DNA of 64,000 nt from Ruditapes philippinarum (taxonomy: Eukaryota), in contig NW_026853286.1 of NCBI RefSeq assembly GCF_026571515.1, positions 62,001 through 126,000 on the forward strand. The letters are read 5' to 3'. The translations under genes and the position numbers were made by a program. Below the pieces are notes generated by a model. It made no database searches. It saw only the letters and a program-made list of their open reading frames with translations, and was not told the origin of the DNA. Positions 23,722 through 35,511 of the stretch are shown here, in pieces; the stretch's first letter is position 1; each line of letters opens with the position of its first letter.

Positions 23722-23794
<73 letters not shown>
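23722..23794. repeat. (TA)n microsatellite
   Basis: Direct read; a shorter (TA)n lies at 21045-21063. Confidence 0.95.
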
Positions 23795-23795
<1 letters not shown>

Positions 23796-24960
23796 TAAAA
23801 TCCCAACATCATAATACAAATATCTTATCCAGACTTTCAAATCCCAACACTTGAGAGACATAGTACATATATCTTGTCTATATGTTGAAATCCCAACACT
23901 TGAGAGACATAATACATATATATCTTGTCTATATGTTGAAATCCCAACACTTGGGGTTCATACTTGAGAGACATAGTACATTAATCTTGTCTATATGTTG
24001 AAATCCCAACACTTGAGGGTCATTATACAAATATCTTGTGTAGACATTAAAATCCCAACACTTGAGAGACATAATACATATATCTTGTCTATGTGTTGAA
24101 ATAACAACATTTGAGAGACATAGTACATATATTTTGTCTTTATGTTGAAATCCCCACACTTGAGAGACAAAATACATATATCTTGTCTATATGTTGAAAA
24201 TCCAACACTTGAGGGTCATAATACAAAGATCTTATCCAGACGTTAAAATCCCAACACTTGAGAGACATAATACATTTATCTTGTCTATATGTTGAAATCC
24301 CAACACTTGAGGGCTAATATACAAATATTTTGTCTAGACATTAAAATCTCATTGCTTGAGAGACGTAGTACATATATCTTGTCTATATGTTGAAATCCCA
24401 ACACTTGAGAGACATAATACATATATCTTGTCTATATGTTAAAATCCCAACACTTGGGGTTCATACTACAAACATCTTATCCAGACGTGAAAATTCCAAC
24501 ACTTGAGAGACAAAATACATACATTTTGTCTCTGTGTTGAAATAACAACATTTGAGAGACATAGTACATATATCTTGTCTATATGTTGAAATCCCAACAT
24601 TTGAGACTCATAATACATATATCTTGTCTACATGTTGAAAATCCAACACTTGAGGGTCATAATACAAATATCTTATCCAGACGTTGAAATCCCAACACTT
24701 GAGAGACATAATACATATATCTTGTCTATATGTTGAAATCCCAACACTTGAGGGTCATTATACAAATATCTTATATAGACGTTAAAATCCCAACGCTTGA
24801 AAGACATAATACATATATCATGTCTATATGTTGAAATCCCAACACTTGAGAGTCATAATACATATATTCTGTCGATATGGCGAAATCCTAACACTTGAGA
24901 GTGATAAAAATATCTACTTTGTTTTTATGTTGAAATAAAAACTTTGAGAGTCATAATACA
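23795..24960 (-). repeat. 49-bp satellite, reverse orientation (continuation of right arm)
   Basis: Units TGTTGAAATCCCAACACTTGAGAGACATAATACATATATCTTGTCTATA are the reverse complement of the 10790-12457 units. Confidence 0.95.
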
Positions 24961-24974
24961 TGTACTAACTAGTA

Positions 24975-25342
24975 TGTCACGGTTCAGAACTGATCACTAT
25001 TAAGGGGAATTGGTGTGATAAGCGGCCGGATAGCTCAGTCGGTAGAGCCGCGATACGGTACGTATTCCGAGGTTATCGGGTTCCTGTCCCGGCCAGACTG
25101 CACATTTTTCTCGCCTTGTGACATTTGGGGCCCAACAGGGGATACAGTGATGGTATAAACTCCGAGTTTAATTTCACATTGTTGTCTGTACCCATTTCAA
25201 TATAGCGGAGGAGTATAAAAATGTGCAGGCTGATCGGGACTCGAACCCGGAACCCCGATTGGAATACTATACCGCGGCTGTACCGATTGAGCTGTCCATC
25301 TGCTTACCCAATATTTCCCCTAAATAGTTTTGAACCGTGACA
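24975..25342. mobile_element. Twin inverted tRNA-containing mini-LTR element (TRIM-like with Pol III boxes)
   Basis: LTR1 24975-25123 runs TGTCAC..GTGACA and contains tRNA-Lys-like GGATAGCTCAGTCGGTAGAGC. It is followed by PBS-like TGGGGCCCAACAGGGG. A related copy lies on the minus strand from 25342 to ~25197 with B box GGTTCGAGTCCC. Confidence 0.7.
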
Positions 25343-25851
25343 AGATGTACATGTCAAAAATTGGAATAATTTCTATTTAATATATGTCTGTGTTTTCTTT
25401 AAATATATATAAAAACAATACTTTATAAGTTATTTTAACGTCACAAAACCTTTCGTATGATTAAAAGGTGGACACAATGGCCATTCTGTTGTAACAAAAT
25501 TTAGGGATTAAAACCAATTCCGGTAACATTCATCGCGCAATATAATGTCTGCTTTCATTTCACATGTATAACAATGCTATTTTAAAATCACAATGATTAT
25601 CATAATAATCTAATATCATATACATAGCTAAAAGCAATGTTTTTTTTTTGCGGAGCTTTCCCTTTGCTGTCTTTGCAGTATTATTTGCACTTGTTGCATA
25701 AATATTTTATGTTTAAAAATGAACATACTAATAAGATGTATGAGGTTACGGGAAATTCGTGATGAGGTCAACTTCGTGAATTTTAAATAATGATACTTCT
25801 AAAATGTAAAATAATTTATTATCATAGTTATAAGCATAGTATTACTGCAAT

Positions 25852-25885
25852 CAGGGTCTTTCAAATATCTATTTGAAAGACCCTG
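25852..25885. mobile_element. 34-bp perfect-hairpin micro-element with 7-bp TSD
   Basis: CAGGGTCTTTCAAATA-TC-TATTTGAAAGACCCTG flanked by CTGCAAT on both sides. Confidence 0.65.
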
Positions 25886-26077
25886 CTGCAATTTAAGGTA
25901 TTAAGTAAGATTTATAAAGCAATATGGCGCGTTGTCGTGAATTGTTTATTTATGTTGTAATATAAGTAAATAAAGCAGATTCTACATCTCCCGAAAAAAG
26001 ATATAGTAGAAAATGCTTAAATGATTTTTGCCACAATTACCTTCATATTTTATACGGTCATCAAATTCAACGTGTGA

Positions 26078-26291
26078 GAAACTGCTGACCAGTTAAACAT
26101 ATAATAAAAACTACTGCCCAGTTAAACGTATGGTAGAATCTGCTGACCAATTAAACTTATTATAAAAAGTGCTAACCAATTAGATATATAAAATATATTA
26201 TATTTTTCCGCAGTTTCCATTTAACTGGCCAGCAGTTTCCTATTTATTCTCTAGCGTCAGCTAATTCGTCAGCGGTTTAGTTTACAGCGGT
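26078..26291. repeat. MITE remnant with repeated ACTGCTGACCAGTTAAA motifs in both orientations
   Basis: Four forward copies at 26081-26205; reverse copies TTTAACTGGCCAGCAGT (26220) and TAATTCGTCAGCGGT (26262). Confidence 0.45.
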
Positions 26292-26647
26292 ATTTCCTCA
26301 AGTGTTGGGATTTTATCACGCGTATGTTTACCTTAACTGTTAGATTATAGTCATTTTTCCAAACTATATGGCCTTGGCAATAAAAGGGGATTTCCTTTTT
26401 TTGGGAAGGGAGACAAATACGTTTGTTTTACTTAATTATTGATTTAGTAAATGCGTAGTATTTCCCCTTGGAAGTTTTGAGGAGATTCTGCTCTATTTTC
26501 TGTCAGAGGTAATAACATTCCCCCCCCCCCACATATTCGAGATAAGTTCTGGCTTCCATGACTTTAAATGTCTCTTTTATTATGAAAGTAAATATTAGCA
26601 ATACTACTGATATCTCTTTAGCTACATACATGTATATACACGTATAT

Positions 26648-26787
26648 TAGTCCAACTAATTGTACTGCGCGACGAGATATTGTGCTATTTTTGTGTCTGG
26701 GCAATATCTCGCCTCTTAAAGCGAGATTCTGCCCCAGAACGAAAATATCTCAGAATCAAGCTTTGGCACGTCAATATATTTTGACTA
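26648..26787. mobile_element. MITE with TAGTC..GACTA ends and 8-10 bp TSD
   Basis: ACACGTATAT at 26638-26647 and 26788-26797; internal GAGATATTG..CAATATCTC palindrome. Confidence 0.6.
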
Positions 26788-27016
26788 ACACGTATATGTA
26801 CCTCGACGAAGACAGTAAAAATCGTCTGCCAAAAAACGGTCATACTGTATGTAAATATTAGATATATAAATATTAGAATATTTTGAAATTTTCTGAAAAC
26901 TCAGTCGTAAAAATGGTGCAGAGAAGAGAAACGAAGTCGACATGCCTGAACCCGGACAGTATTTGTTAGTTTAGTTTATACAAATTTGTTTTAGTTCGAT
27001 TGTGCTGGAAGCTGTA

Positions 27017-27182
27017 AGCTTATTGAAATACTCTCGAATCCGTTCCTGGAACCAACCAGCACTAACTATGACTGTAAAGTTTCTTGCTCAAGGAAACAAC
27101 GGTTTGCCCCTAACAGGGTTTGAACCCGCGCAGTCAGCAGTCTTTTGATTACTAGACCGTTAATCACTCGGCCACGCCGCCA
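27017..27182 (-). mobile_element. tRNA-derived SINE with CCTTGAGCAAG central domain
   Basis: Minus strand: A box TGGCCGAGTGA, B box GGTTCAAACCC, then GTTTCCTTGAGCAAGAAACTT. Paralogue at ~34515-34668; related fragments at ~33490-33585 and ~41030-41120. Confidence 0.75.
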
Positions 27183-27254
27183 CTCCAGTATTTGTTAGAC
27201 AACCGTCATGAGAGTGCAGTAGCGATTCAACTCACAATCCCTGGTTTGAAACGC

Positions 27255-27770
27255 AGGCACTTAACCACTAGAAGGCGTGATGTAAATGGATGTAAAGCGG
27301 TGTAATAAGGTGTTTGTGGAGAAATGATGTGTAAGTGAAAGACAGAGTGGTGTTTGGTGTAAGTTTAGGGAGTAAATGAAAAGTGGCGTAAGCGGAGGAG
27401 GAATAATAATATTATAAGAAGAAAACTCGTGTTAGTTTACAAAAAAGAGGCGTTAGTTACTTCGTTAATTTCTACATGTACGTAAATAAAGTGTTGTAAA
27501 TAAATGAAGAGTGGTGTAACTTATTGCGGGAAGAATGGTGTTAGTTGGGGTAAGAATGGTGTCATCACATGTAAAGTGAAGTCAGTTGAGGAAGAGAGGT
27601 ATTAGTGTAAGATAAGTGTAACTTGTAGGTAAATGTAGTGCTGTAAAAATGAAGAGTTGTGTGATAAGGAAGATAGGTACGTGTCACTAGCGAAAGCGTG
27701 GTGGTTACTTGGGGATAAATGAAGTTATTTGGAGAAAAATGGTTTTAGTAGGAAAAAGTGATATTAAAGG
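27255..27770 (+). repeat. Degenerate G/T-skewed minisatellite (GTGATGTAAGT..GAAGAGTG-like)
   Basis: Strong C depletion with recurrent GTGTAAG/GAAGAGTG motifs; shorter in the paralogue (34760-34900). Confidence 0.5.
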
Positions 27771-27847
27771 GGCAGCGACGCGTGCTATATGTTTTGCTTA
27801 ATCTATTTTCCAAGATGGAGAAGATTTAAAGACGTTTCGCACATAAA

Positions 27848-28367
27848 TATAGTGGCTGATTTGGTACGCTTTTGTGCGTCGCGTTGGCGCTACAGAGGCT
27901 TGGGGGTCAGATCCTGCCCCCCCCCCCCCCCAAAAAAAAAAAAACAAAAAAAAAAACGTGATACCCCCCCTGTAAAAACTCTTGATAGTTTTGATAGATT
28001 GTTTACAGGGGCGTATCACGTTTGGGGCAGGATCTGACCCCCAAGAGTCTGTGGTTGGCGCTATCGACAACATGACAAAGCGCCAAACGGCGCGTTGTCG
28101 CGCTGTCGTCCTGTCTCTAGCGCATTGTCGTGCGGCGTGTTGTCGCGATGTCACATTGTCGCTCGGTTCATATTGAAGGATTGGCTTATAAGCCAAGCGA
28201 CAGGGCGACATCGCGACAACGCGCCGCATGACAACGCACCGTTTGGCGAGCCGCGCTAGAGACAGGACAACAAGACGAAAGTCCGACAAAGCGCCGTTTG
28301 GCGCTATGTCGTGTTGTCGCTAGCGCCAACCACAGACGCACAAAAGCGTGCCAAATCAGCCACTATA
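27848..28367. mobile_element. Non-autonomous DNA transposon, IS3EU-type (TAY..RTA ends, 6-bp TSD)
   Basis: TIR TATAGTGGCTGATTTGGYACGCTTTTGTGCGTC and TSD CATAAA; the paralogous empty site at ~34970 has a single CATAAA. Confidence 0.8.
27892..28052. mobile_element. Nested hairpin MITE (9-10 bp TSD, MULE-like) inside the left TIR of the 27848 element
   Basis: ACAGAGGCTTGGGGGTCAGATCCTGCCCC .. GGGGCAGGATCTGACCCCCAAGAGTCTGT; flanks CGTTGGCGCT / GGTTGGCGCT. Confidence 0.7.
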
Positions 28368-29077
28368 CATAAAGTAATGCAAGGCAAAATCTGCACCGAG
28401 CAAAGTAACCTTCTTGTGTAACCTTTCGAAAAAAAAAGATCTCTTATTACGGAAGATTATTTGAATCTTTTTCAATAATGATAAGAAGGTAACAATAAGC
28501 TGTATTCAAAGTTCGTAGAAATGAATTATATTAAAGTAGGTTATTGGTTTACTTAGGAAATTAACATGTTGAAGTGGGTTAAGATAATGTCAATATTAAA
28601 GCTGCATGCCTCCAGATGAGTCAAACTATTGCAAGAAAATCAAACGTGAGAAAAATGCAATAAGATTTTAGGGAAAGTAAAAAGATTCATGTAATAATGT
28701 TATATGCGATTAATGACGGATTTTGCAATGTTTATCTCCATACTTTGACTGCGTGACTTACGCAGTAAGGGCTATTTTTGTATATCTGGATGGTGAAGGG
28801 GGGGGGGGGGGGGGGAGCAATGTCCAAAGATACTTTTTTGACAAATGTCCCTGATTCGATGAAACCCTCAAATTGTTTTTTAAAATAAGGCTCTATGATG
28901 GTAATTCAATAAATACACAGGTCACATGTGTAAGAATATATTACAAGATAAAATTTTCGCTTAAATTTCCTCTACAGAGGTGAAACAAATTATGGTCCTT
29001 CCCGTAGTAAAAATATTTAAATGTCTTATTAGAGTCACATAGGTGTCATAAAGGATGCGAAGGAATTCTTCGATTTA

Positions 29078-29165
29078 CTACGTGCGTACGCGATAGCTGG
29101 TACGTGCGCACGCGATAGCTGGTACGTGTGCATTCGATAGCTGGTACGTGCGCACGCGATAGCTA
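29078..29165 (+). repeat. 22-bp tandem repeat x4 (TACGTGCGCACGCGATAGCTGG)
   Basis: Direct read; the paralogue at ~37022 has a single partial unit. Confidence 0.85.
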
Positions 29166-30750
29166 ACAGTTTGTTGAGCCAATCTGTGTGTGTTAGCTAA
29201 TATTTAACGCCCACGCTCTCGGGATTTTACATTACTCATCATTTAAGTATCTCGAAACATCTACTGACTTACCAGAAAGATCATTGTGTTCTGCTAAAAA
29301 AATAACACTTCTAAAAACCTTTGTTTGGTTAACTGCTCATATTTACGCAACACATTTTTATTCAATTTACGTCTAAAGGGGATTTTTATTATTATTATTG
29401 ATAGCCACTTGTAAAACAATATCTCTCACTTCTTTAATTTGTGAACAATTTATTTTGTTCTTATTAATTTTTTCAAGATTTCCAAGAAGATGTACATGTA
29501 CGCCTTATCAAATATTAAGATTTTCCAGAAAAAAAACCCCACACAATTAAGTCATTTATGCGCTTGGTTTCATTGCTGAAGTCTAATTAAACGCTGATAG
29601 TTACATGTACTTCCTATTTAGTTCCTATTATAAAAAATATGACATGATTAAATAAGAAGGGCTTAAAGGCTCATTATGCCTCAGAAATGCTTTTATTTTA
29701 CAAAAGCGTTTTAATGTCAAGTAACCAAATGTTACTCATCGGCCAACTACTAGAACCATGTCTTCATCTGTTGTTTTTTGGCAATAAGTACAGTTATAGC
29801 GAATGAGTTTATTTTGAACTGAAGTCAAAATACCATTTTGATTACATTTTGTTTCTCTTATGACAAATTATATCACATTTATGTCTTTTTCTTCACGTAA
29901 CAAGTATCTTATATTCTCTCAAATCATTATTGAAACATTATAAAAATTCATTTTTTGCCATTGGCTACAGAAGTGAAAATCTATTTGAGCCGTCCCATGC
30001 GATTTCCAACATAGTGGTCAAATTTGACATTTTACTCTTTTTTTTCAAAGATTATCAAAATGCTTTCTTTTCTGAATTAGTTTACATAAAGCAGGACAGG
30101 ATTTCTGAATCATTTTATATAAAGCAGGACTTTTGCAACAACTTGAAGCGTCTGACGCACACATCCACTACACTAACTATTGTCTCTCAATAATATATTG
30201 TTTAGAGGGTCTTTTATATAAAAGACTGATATCCATTCCTTGTTCTCCTTGTTTTATTTAAATTAAAGTGTGTATTCCAATTCATCTTCGTATCAGAAAC
30301 GGCAGAAATACTTGTAAAACATCTTGACACTGGAAATAAAATAACAATCAAAAGAATACATGTAACAATTTTTTAATTATTTTAAGTAAGTAAGCCCTGT
30401 GAGTGTTTTCTGTTGCAATGTCAATATGCAAAGTGCCGTTTGAATATTCCTTGAAATTTTGTTCAAGAGATTTACAAAAAGAATTTCACCACAATACTTT
30501 TGCTAACAATAGAGCACTTGTCAATGTTTGTGGTTAAATCCACATACATATATAGTAATATCTTATCTTAGCTGAACGGCATTCTTCGCTACTCACTGTT
30601 TGAAGAAGGTGACACGTAATTTAAACACATATTTGCTAAGTTTACAAAAAATAATCTTAACTACTCTTTATTTATATGGATGTGTTAACTCTAATGATAC
30701 TGCTGAGACAATACAAACAGGTTAATAGATAAATTAAATAAACAATAGAA

Positions 30751-32491
30751 ATGGAAGTTACTGGACGTAAAGAGTCTTCTAGGTCTGCTATATTTTGTCG
30801 TCCATGTCAGCGTGATGATGAAACAGTACACGCGGAGGGTTATTGTGAGACTTGTAATGAATTTATTTGCTCATCATGCATTACGGCACACCGGAAGTTG
30901 GCAAGCACAAAAAGTCACATGATTAAATCCAGAGATGAGATGTCGACATATCAGGCTGAAAGCGATCCATGCACTGAACTCTGTGATGTTCATGTAAACG
31001 AAATAGTGAAAGTTTTATTGCCAGCAGCACGACAGCGTTTGTTGTGGAGATTGTATGGTACTTAATCATACCTCTTGCAATGTTTAAAGCTTGTTTCAGA
31101 TGTTTCAAGTAACTATGACAACAGCGACGATCTTTTGCGAATCAAACCCCCACAAAAGAAGAAACTTGATTTTTTTTTCAAATCTCAGAAAGAAACATTG
31201 CATCGTGCGAAAAAGAAATAAAAGGCAGTCTGGAAACAGCTGAAAAAATAAAAAACCAATACCATATCAGAGAAATTAAACGATTCCGTAAAGAAATTGA
31301 AAGACTACCTGAACAAAATGGAAGAAGACCTGTTACAAAAGGTTGATGAAATGAGATGCCAGCGATTTCTCAACACAGGCGAAAGCTTCAGGATCAATGT
31401 CCAAGGCATTGGCTCGTGACAAATTGAAGATTTTGAAAATAAACTAGATAAGTGTAAAGACAAGGTCAATTCTTTGTTTGTGGCATCTAAAAGCGTTAGA
31501 GAAAAGTCTTCATAATTGTCTGAAAAAAAATGAATGAGGAAATTTCATCCAAAAGTAAAATAAAACATTCAAATTCATACCCTCTGAATATATCAAACAA
31601 TTTGAAAAACACGCAACGAATGCCTTGGCAAAATTAATATACAAGTGAAGAGATTCGCGGGACAATGCAAGGGTTACTTTTATTGGCACGAGAACATGCT
31701 TTGTACAGAAACTAAACAATAAAGCGAAACATGACAGAGACTGTTTCATAAAGGATATGGCAGTCATGTCTGAAGAATGAAATTCTGCGTGCAGATTGGA
31801 AAAAACAGCTCATTGAAGGTTTTAAATCATAGAAAAAAGGCAAAATCACATCAAACACTGCAGTTGTCAACTTCTCCCGCTGGAGTCACTACAATTACCC
31901 CCTCATCAGCTGCCAGCCACTTTACCAATGAAAAAACAAAATCTTGTTCCTGACAACACAAAGTGGATTGACTAAAAGTCATAAAATATCTGTTCGATAT
32001 GGATGCGCAGGGAATAGATCATCGCGATGGTATATTGGCTGTTACTTTTGCGAACCTCCTCTGTTATGGTGATGGACACGAAAGGTCAAATTCTCCTGAA
32101 TCTCGTGGATAAAAAATCGACTGAAACTTTCCCACGATATATATCCCTGAGTAACAACAATAAGAGTATGCTAGTGTCTGACTTGGATAACGAAGTCGTG
32201 TATGAAATTAACCTCAAAGGAGAGCTGCAAGCTACAAATAAAAGTGTAAAGATGGGCAAACCTCTAGGCATAACAGTTACCAACTGTGGATGTGCTGTTG
32301 TTTGTTATCGAGGTAAAAGCGAAAAAGCCGGACTGATTGTACCTGAAACAAGGATAATACTGCCTTTCTCCCTGGATAATGTACTTATACCATGCTCTAT
32401 CCTGATTTCCGAAGAACAACGCAAGTTGTTTATCAGTGAACATGAAACATCAGCAGACTGCAATTTCATAAAAATGTTTTACAACAAGTAA
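30751..32491 (+). pseudogene. RING-less TRIM-like gene copy 1 (B-box1, B-box2, coiled coil, beta-propeller); frameshifted as assembled
   Basis: Near-identical to 38166-39854 at both ends. Many 1-nt indels, mostly A-run expansions, between 31010 and 32060 may be sequencing error. Confidence 0.8.
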
Positions 32492-32999
32492 AGTGATTTT
32501 TATCACATAAAAAGTTGGTTTTTTTTTATAATATTCAATGTATTAAGTATTCCGTCGGTCATTTTGAGGTTTTTGTATTTTGTCTTTATGTAGAATATTT
32601 TAGATAGTCTCAGAATGTGTATGCGTGTAACATTTGTAGTTAAGTTATGATCTATATATTTAAACAGTACTGTACATGTATTACGGTTGATTCTTTCCGT
32701 TAACACATAAACACTTTATTTTCAATTTTATTATCTTCCGGACTTCATGCCATGTAATTAGTTTCGTATTACAAACAATTATGTGAATAACTTTAGATAT
32801 GTTTTTCATAAAACAGTTGAATGACGAATGTATGTACTTCTAAATCACGTAAAAAAGAACCCACAAAGTTCAACCAACACTTGTCAAATAAATAAAAGAT
32901 AAAAATTTGTTTGTCTACATTTTTTGTGTTAGTTAGTTAGTTGTTTATGTAACTTGCTAGGAATATTGCTTATGGCAATCTGGTGGCCTTATTATGTTG

Positions 33000-33318
33000 T
33001 GTGCAGGCTTAATTATCTCGCTCATACCACCTAGTAACTCTTGCGCACGACAGTGTCTCGTGCTCACCACTTAATTATGTCGTACACACGACTTAGTAAC
33101 TCATATGCACGACATAATGTTTTTTGTGCATGACTTAATTATCTTATGCGCACGAATAGTAAATAGTGAGCTCGGCAGTATCTCTTGTGAACGACTTAAT
33201 TATTTCGTGCAAACGGTTTGATTATCTCGTCAGCACGATTTAGTAATTCCTGCTTATGACATAGTATCTCGTGTGCACGAGATACATAAAACACACACGT
33301 CACTTCTGCGCCACCGTA
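33000..33318. mobile_element. Right arm of non-autonomous DNA transposon with ~22-bp TCGTGCGCACGA subterminal repeats
   Basis: Repeats CTCGTGCGCACGACTTAATTAT/..TAGTAA ending in CACGTCACTTCTGCGCCACCGTA (TAC..GTA type end); paralogue at 40465-40847. Confidence 0.6.
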
Positions 33319-35216
33319 TGTACCAAATATTACAAACAATATTTGAATGTATGAACGACACACAAAATCGCCTTTAGGACGCAAGCCAGGTTGTCATTCT
33401 CACGAATGATCTTTGATTTATACAGAATTATACAGAATTTATTTTCGTTCGATTGTGAAGGAAGCAATGAACTTATAGACACACGCTACATTCCATTTCT
33501 GGACCCAACCACTATTGAGCAATGAATGTAAGATTTCTTGCTCAAGGAAACAACGGCTTGCCCCTGACGGGATTTGAACTAGACATCCTCAGAATGAATT
33601 ATCTTTAAATAAATACGAAAAATGAGCAAAACATGACGTATTTGTGAAAAATTGAAACCAATCTGACATTGTTATGAAGATGAAATATTAATAATGGTGT
33701 GAAAACTGTAAAGAGAGAACCATGCATTATACATGTATTTAGATCCCACTAAAGAGAACATGGTGCATGTCTCTCATGAGCCGGGTAGAAGGTAAAATGT
33801 AACATGGTATTCTGTTGTTTTTTGTCGTTACTTTTTTCTTTCCTTCCCCCCCCCCCCTTCTTTTTCCTGAATTCTCGAATAATTCCTTTTAGTACTGAAG
33901 TGTGTGATAAAGTTTAAGAGGGCATTTAATTAGAGAAAACATCAGTCGAATTAAAACATTAAACTACTGGTAACTTTAAAATGACATTTTAATAAATGTT
34001 TGAACAATAAGTACGATATTTTGCTACATGTTTTACTAGGTCGAATAACGAGCTCAATATCCTCCATGGGCATTTTTAACCTCTATTTGTATCAATCCGC
34101 ACAAAAATATATTTAAATGTCAGCTGTTTAATTCATTTTGCCATAAGAATTTTCCTTTACGGACTGGCAGTGTTAAAAATTACTTTCATTTAAAATCAAA
34201 CTCAGTAATAATTATGGCATAAACATTGCTATAATTGTCGAGAAAAACGTAAAGACCTGATAATAAGTTATATAATTATCATTAAAACGGCTCTTGTACT
34301 TTGTACGTCACATAATCATACTGCATTACTGTCAAAATCGTCTGCCAAATAAAAGGGCACAAAACGGTCATATGTAAATGCTAGGATATTTTGAAATTTT
34401 CTGAAAACTCAGTCGAAGAAATGGTGCAGAGAAGAGAAACGGAGTTGACATGCCTGAACCCGGACAGTATTGTTAGTTTAGTTCATACAAATTTGTTCAA
34501 GTTCGATTGTGCTGGTTGAAACACTCCCAAATTCGTTCCTGGAACTAAACAGTACTAAGCAATGAATGTAACGTTTCTTGCTCATGAAACAGTGGCTTGG
34601 CCCTGACGGTCAGCAGTCCTTAGATTACTAGACCGACGCATAAACCACTCGGCCACGTACGCCGCCACTCCAGTATTTGTTAGGCAACCGTCATGACAGT
34701 GCAGTAGGGATTCAACTCACAATCCCTGGTTTGAAACGCAGACACTTAACCACTAGAAGGCGTGATGTAAATGGATGTAAATTGGCGTTAGCTGTTCAAG
34801 AGTTGTGTGAAGTTACTTGGAGAAGAGTAGTGTTATAAGGAAAAAGTGACGATACTTGGAGAAGAGTGGTTTTATAAGGAAAAAGTGATGTAAGTAGAGG
34901 CAGCGACGCGTCCTATATGTTTTGCTTAAATCCAGTTTTCAAAGATAGAGAATATCTAAAGACGTTTCGCACATAAAGGAATGCAATCGTATTTATTGAA
35001 GGCAAAATCTGTCCTGAAAAGTTTGCACTGAGCTCTGTTATCATTCGAAAAAAATCTCTTATTACGGAAGAAATTTGAAATCATTTTCAATAACGATAAG
35101 AAGGTAACAATAAGCTGTATTCAAAGTTCTTAGAAATGAATTATATTAAAGTAGGTTATTGGTTTACTTAGGAAATTAACATATTGAAGTGGGTTAAGAT
35201 GGTGTCAACATTATAA

Positions 35217-35511
35217 AGATGCATGCCTCCAGATGAGCCAAACTATTGCAAGAAAATCAAACTTGAGAAAAATGCACTAAGAATTTAGGGAAAGTAAAAA
35301 GATTCATGTTGTAATGGTACATGCGATTTATGACTGATTTTGCAATGTTTAACGCGTAAGGGCTATTTTTGTATATTTTGACCTCGTTTTGATAATCTAT
35401 ATACGTAGATTGCAAGTGCCGCTTGCAATATTAAAATTACTATGTTTCTTCACTTCACAATGTTTTGCATACTTTAAACCAAAAATAGCATGAATCTGGA
35501 GGCAGGCTGCT
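35217..35511. mobile_element. Kolobok-type MITE (TTAA target)
   Basis: AGATGCATGCCTCCAGAT .. ATCTGGAGGCAGGCTGCT|TTAA; the paralogous left end TTAA|AGCTGCATGCCTCCAGAT is at 28596. Confidence 0.6.

Larger units (their letters stand above)
26817..34311 (+). repeat. Tandem segmental duplication, unit 1
   Basis: Colinear with 34334-45399 from AAAATCGTCTGCCAAA to CGGCTCTTGTACTTTGTACGTCAC; carries TRIM-like copy 1. Confidence 0.9.

Noticed and set aside
10790-24960. 49-bp repeats as a CRISPR array
   Set aside because: There are no unique spacers (whole units repeat), no cas genes, and the context is eukaryotic.
25025-25100. Functional tRNA-Lys gene
   Set aside because: Only the D-arm/A-box matches. 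The anticodon and T arms are degenerate, and it lies in an LTR-like unit. The tRNA-like heads at 4507, 27182, 49220 and 56924 are likewise SINE heads.
27789-28289. ORFs of 64-163 aa over the MITE
   Set aside because: Products of GC-rich palindromic repeats and homopolymers, with no domain motifs.
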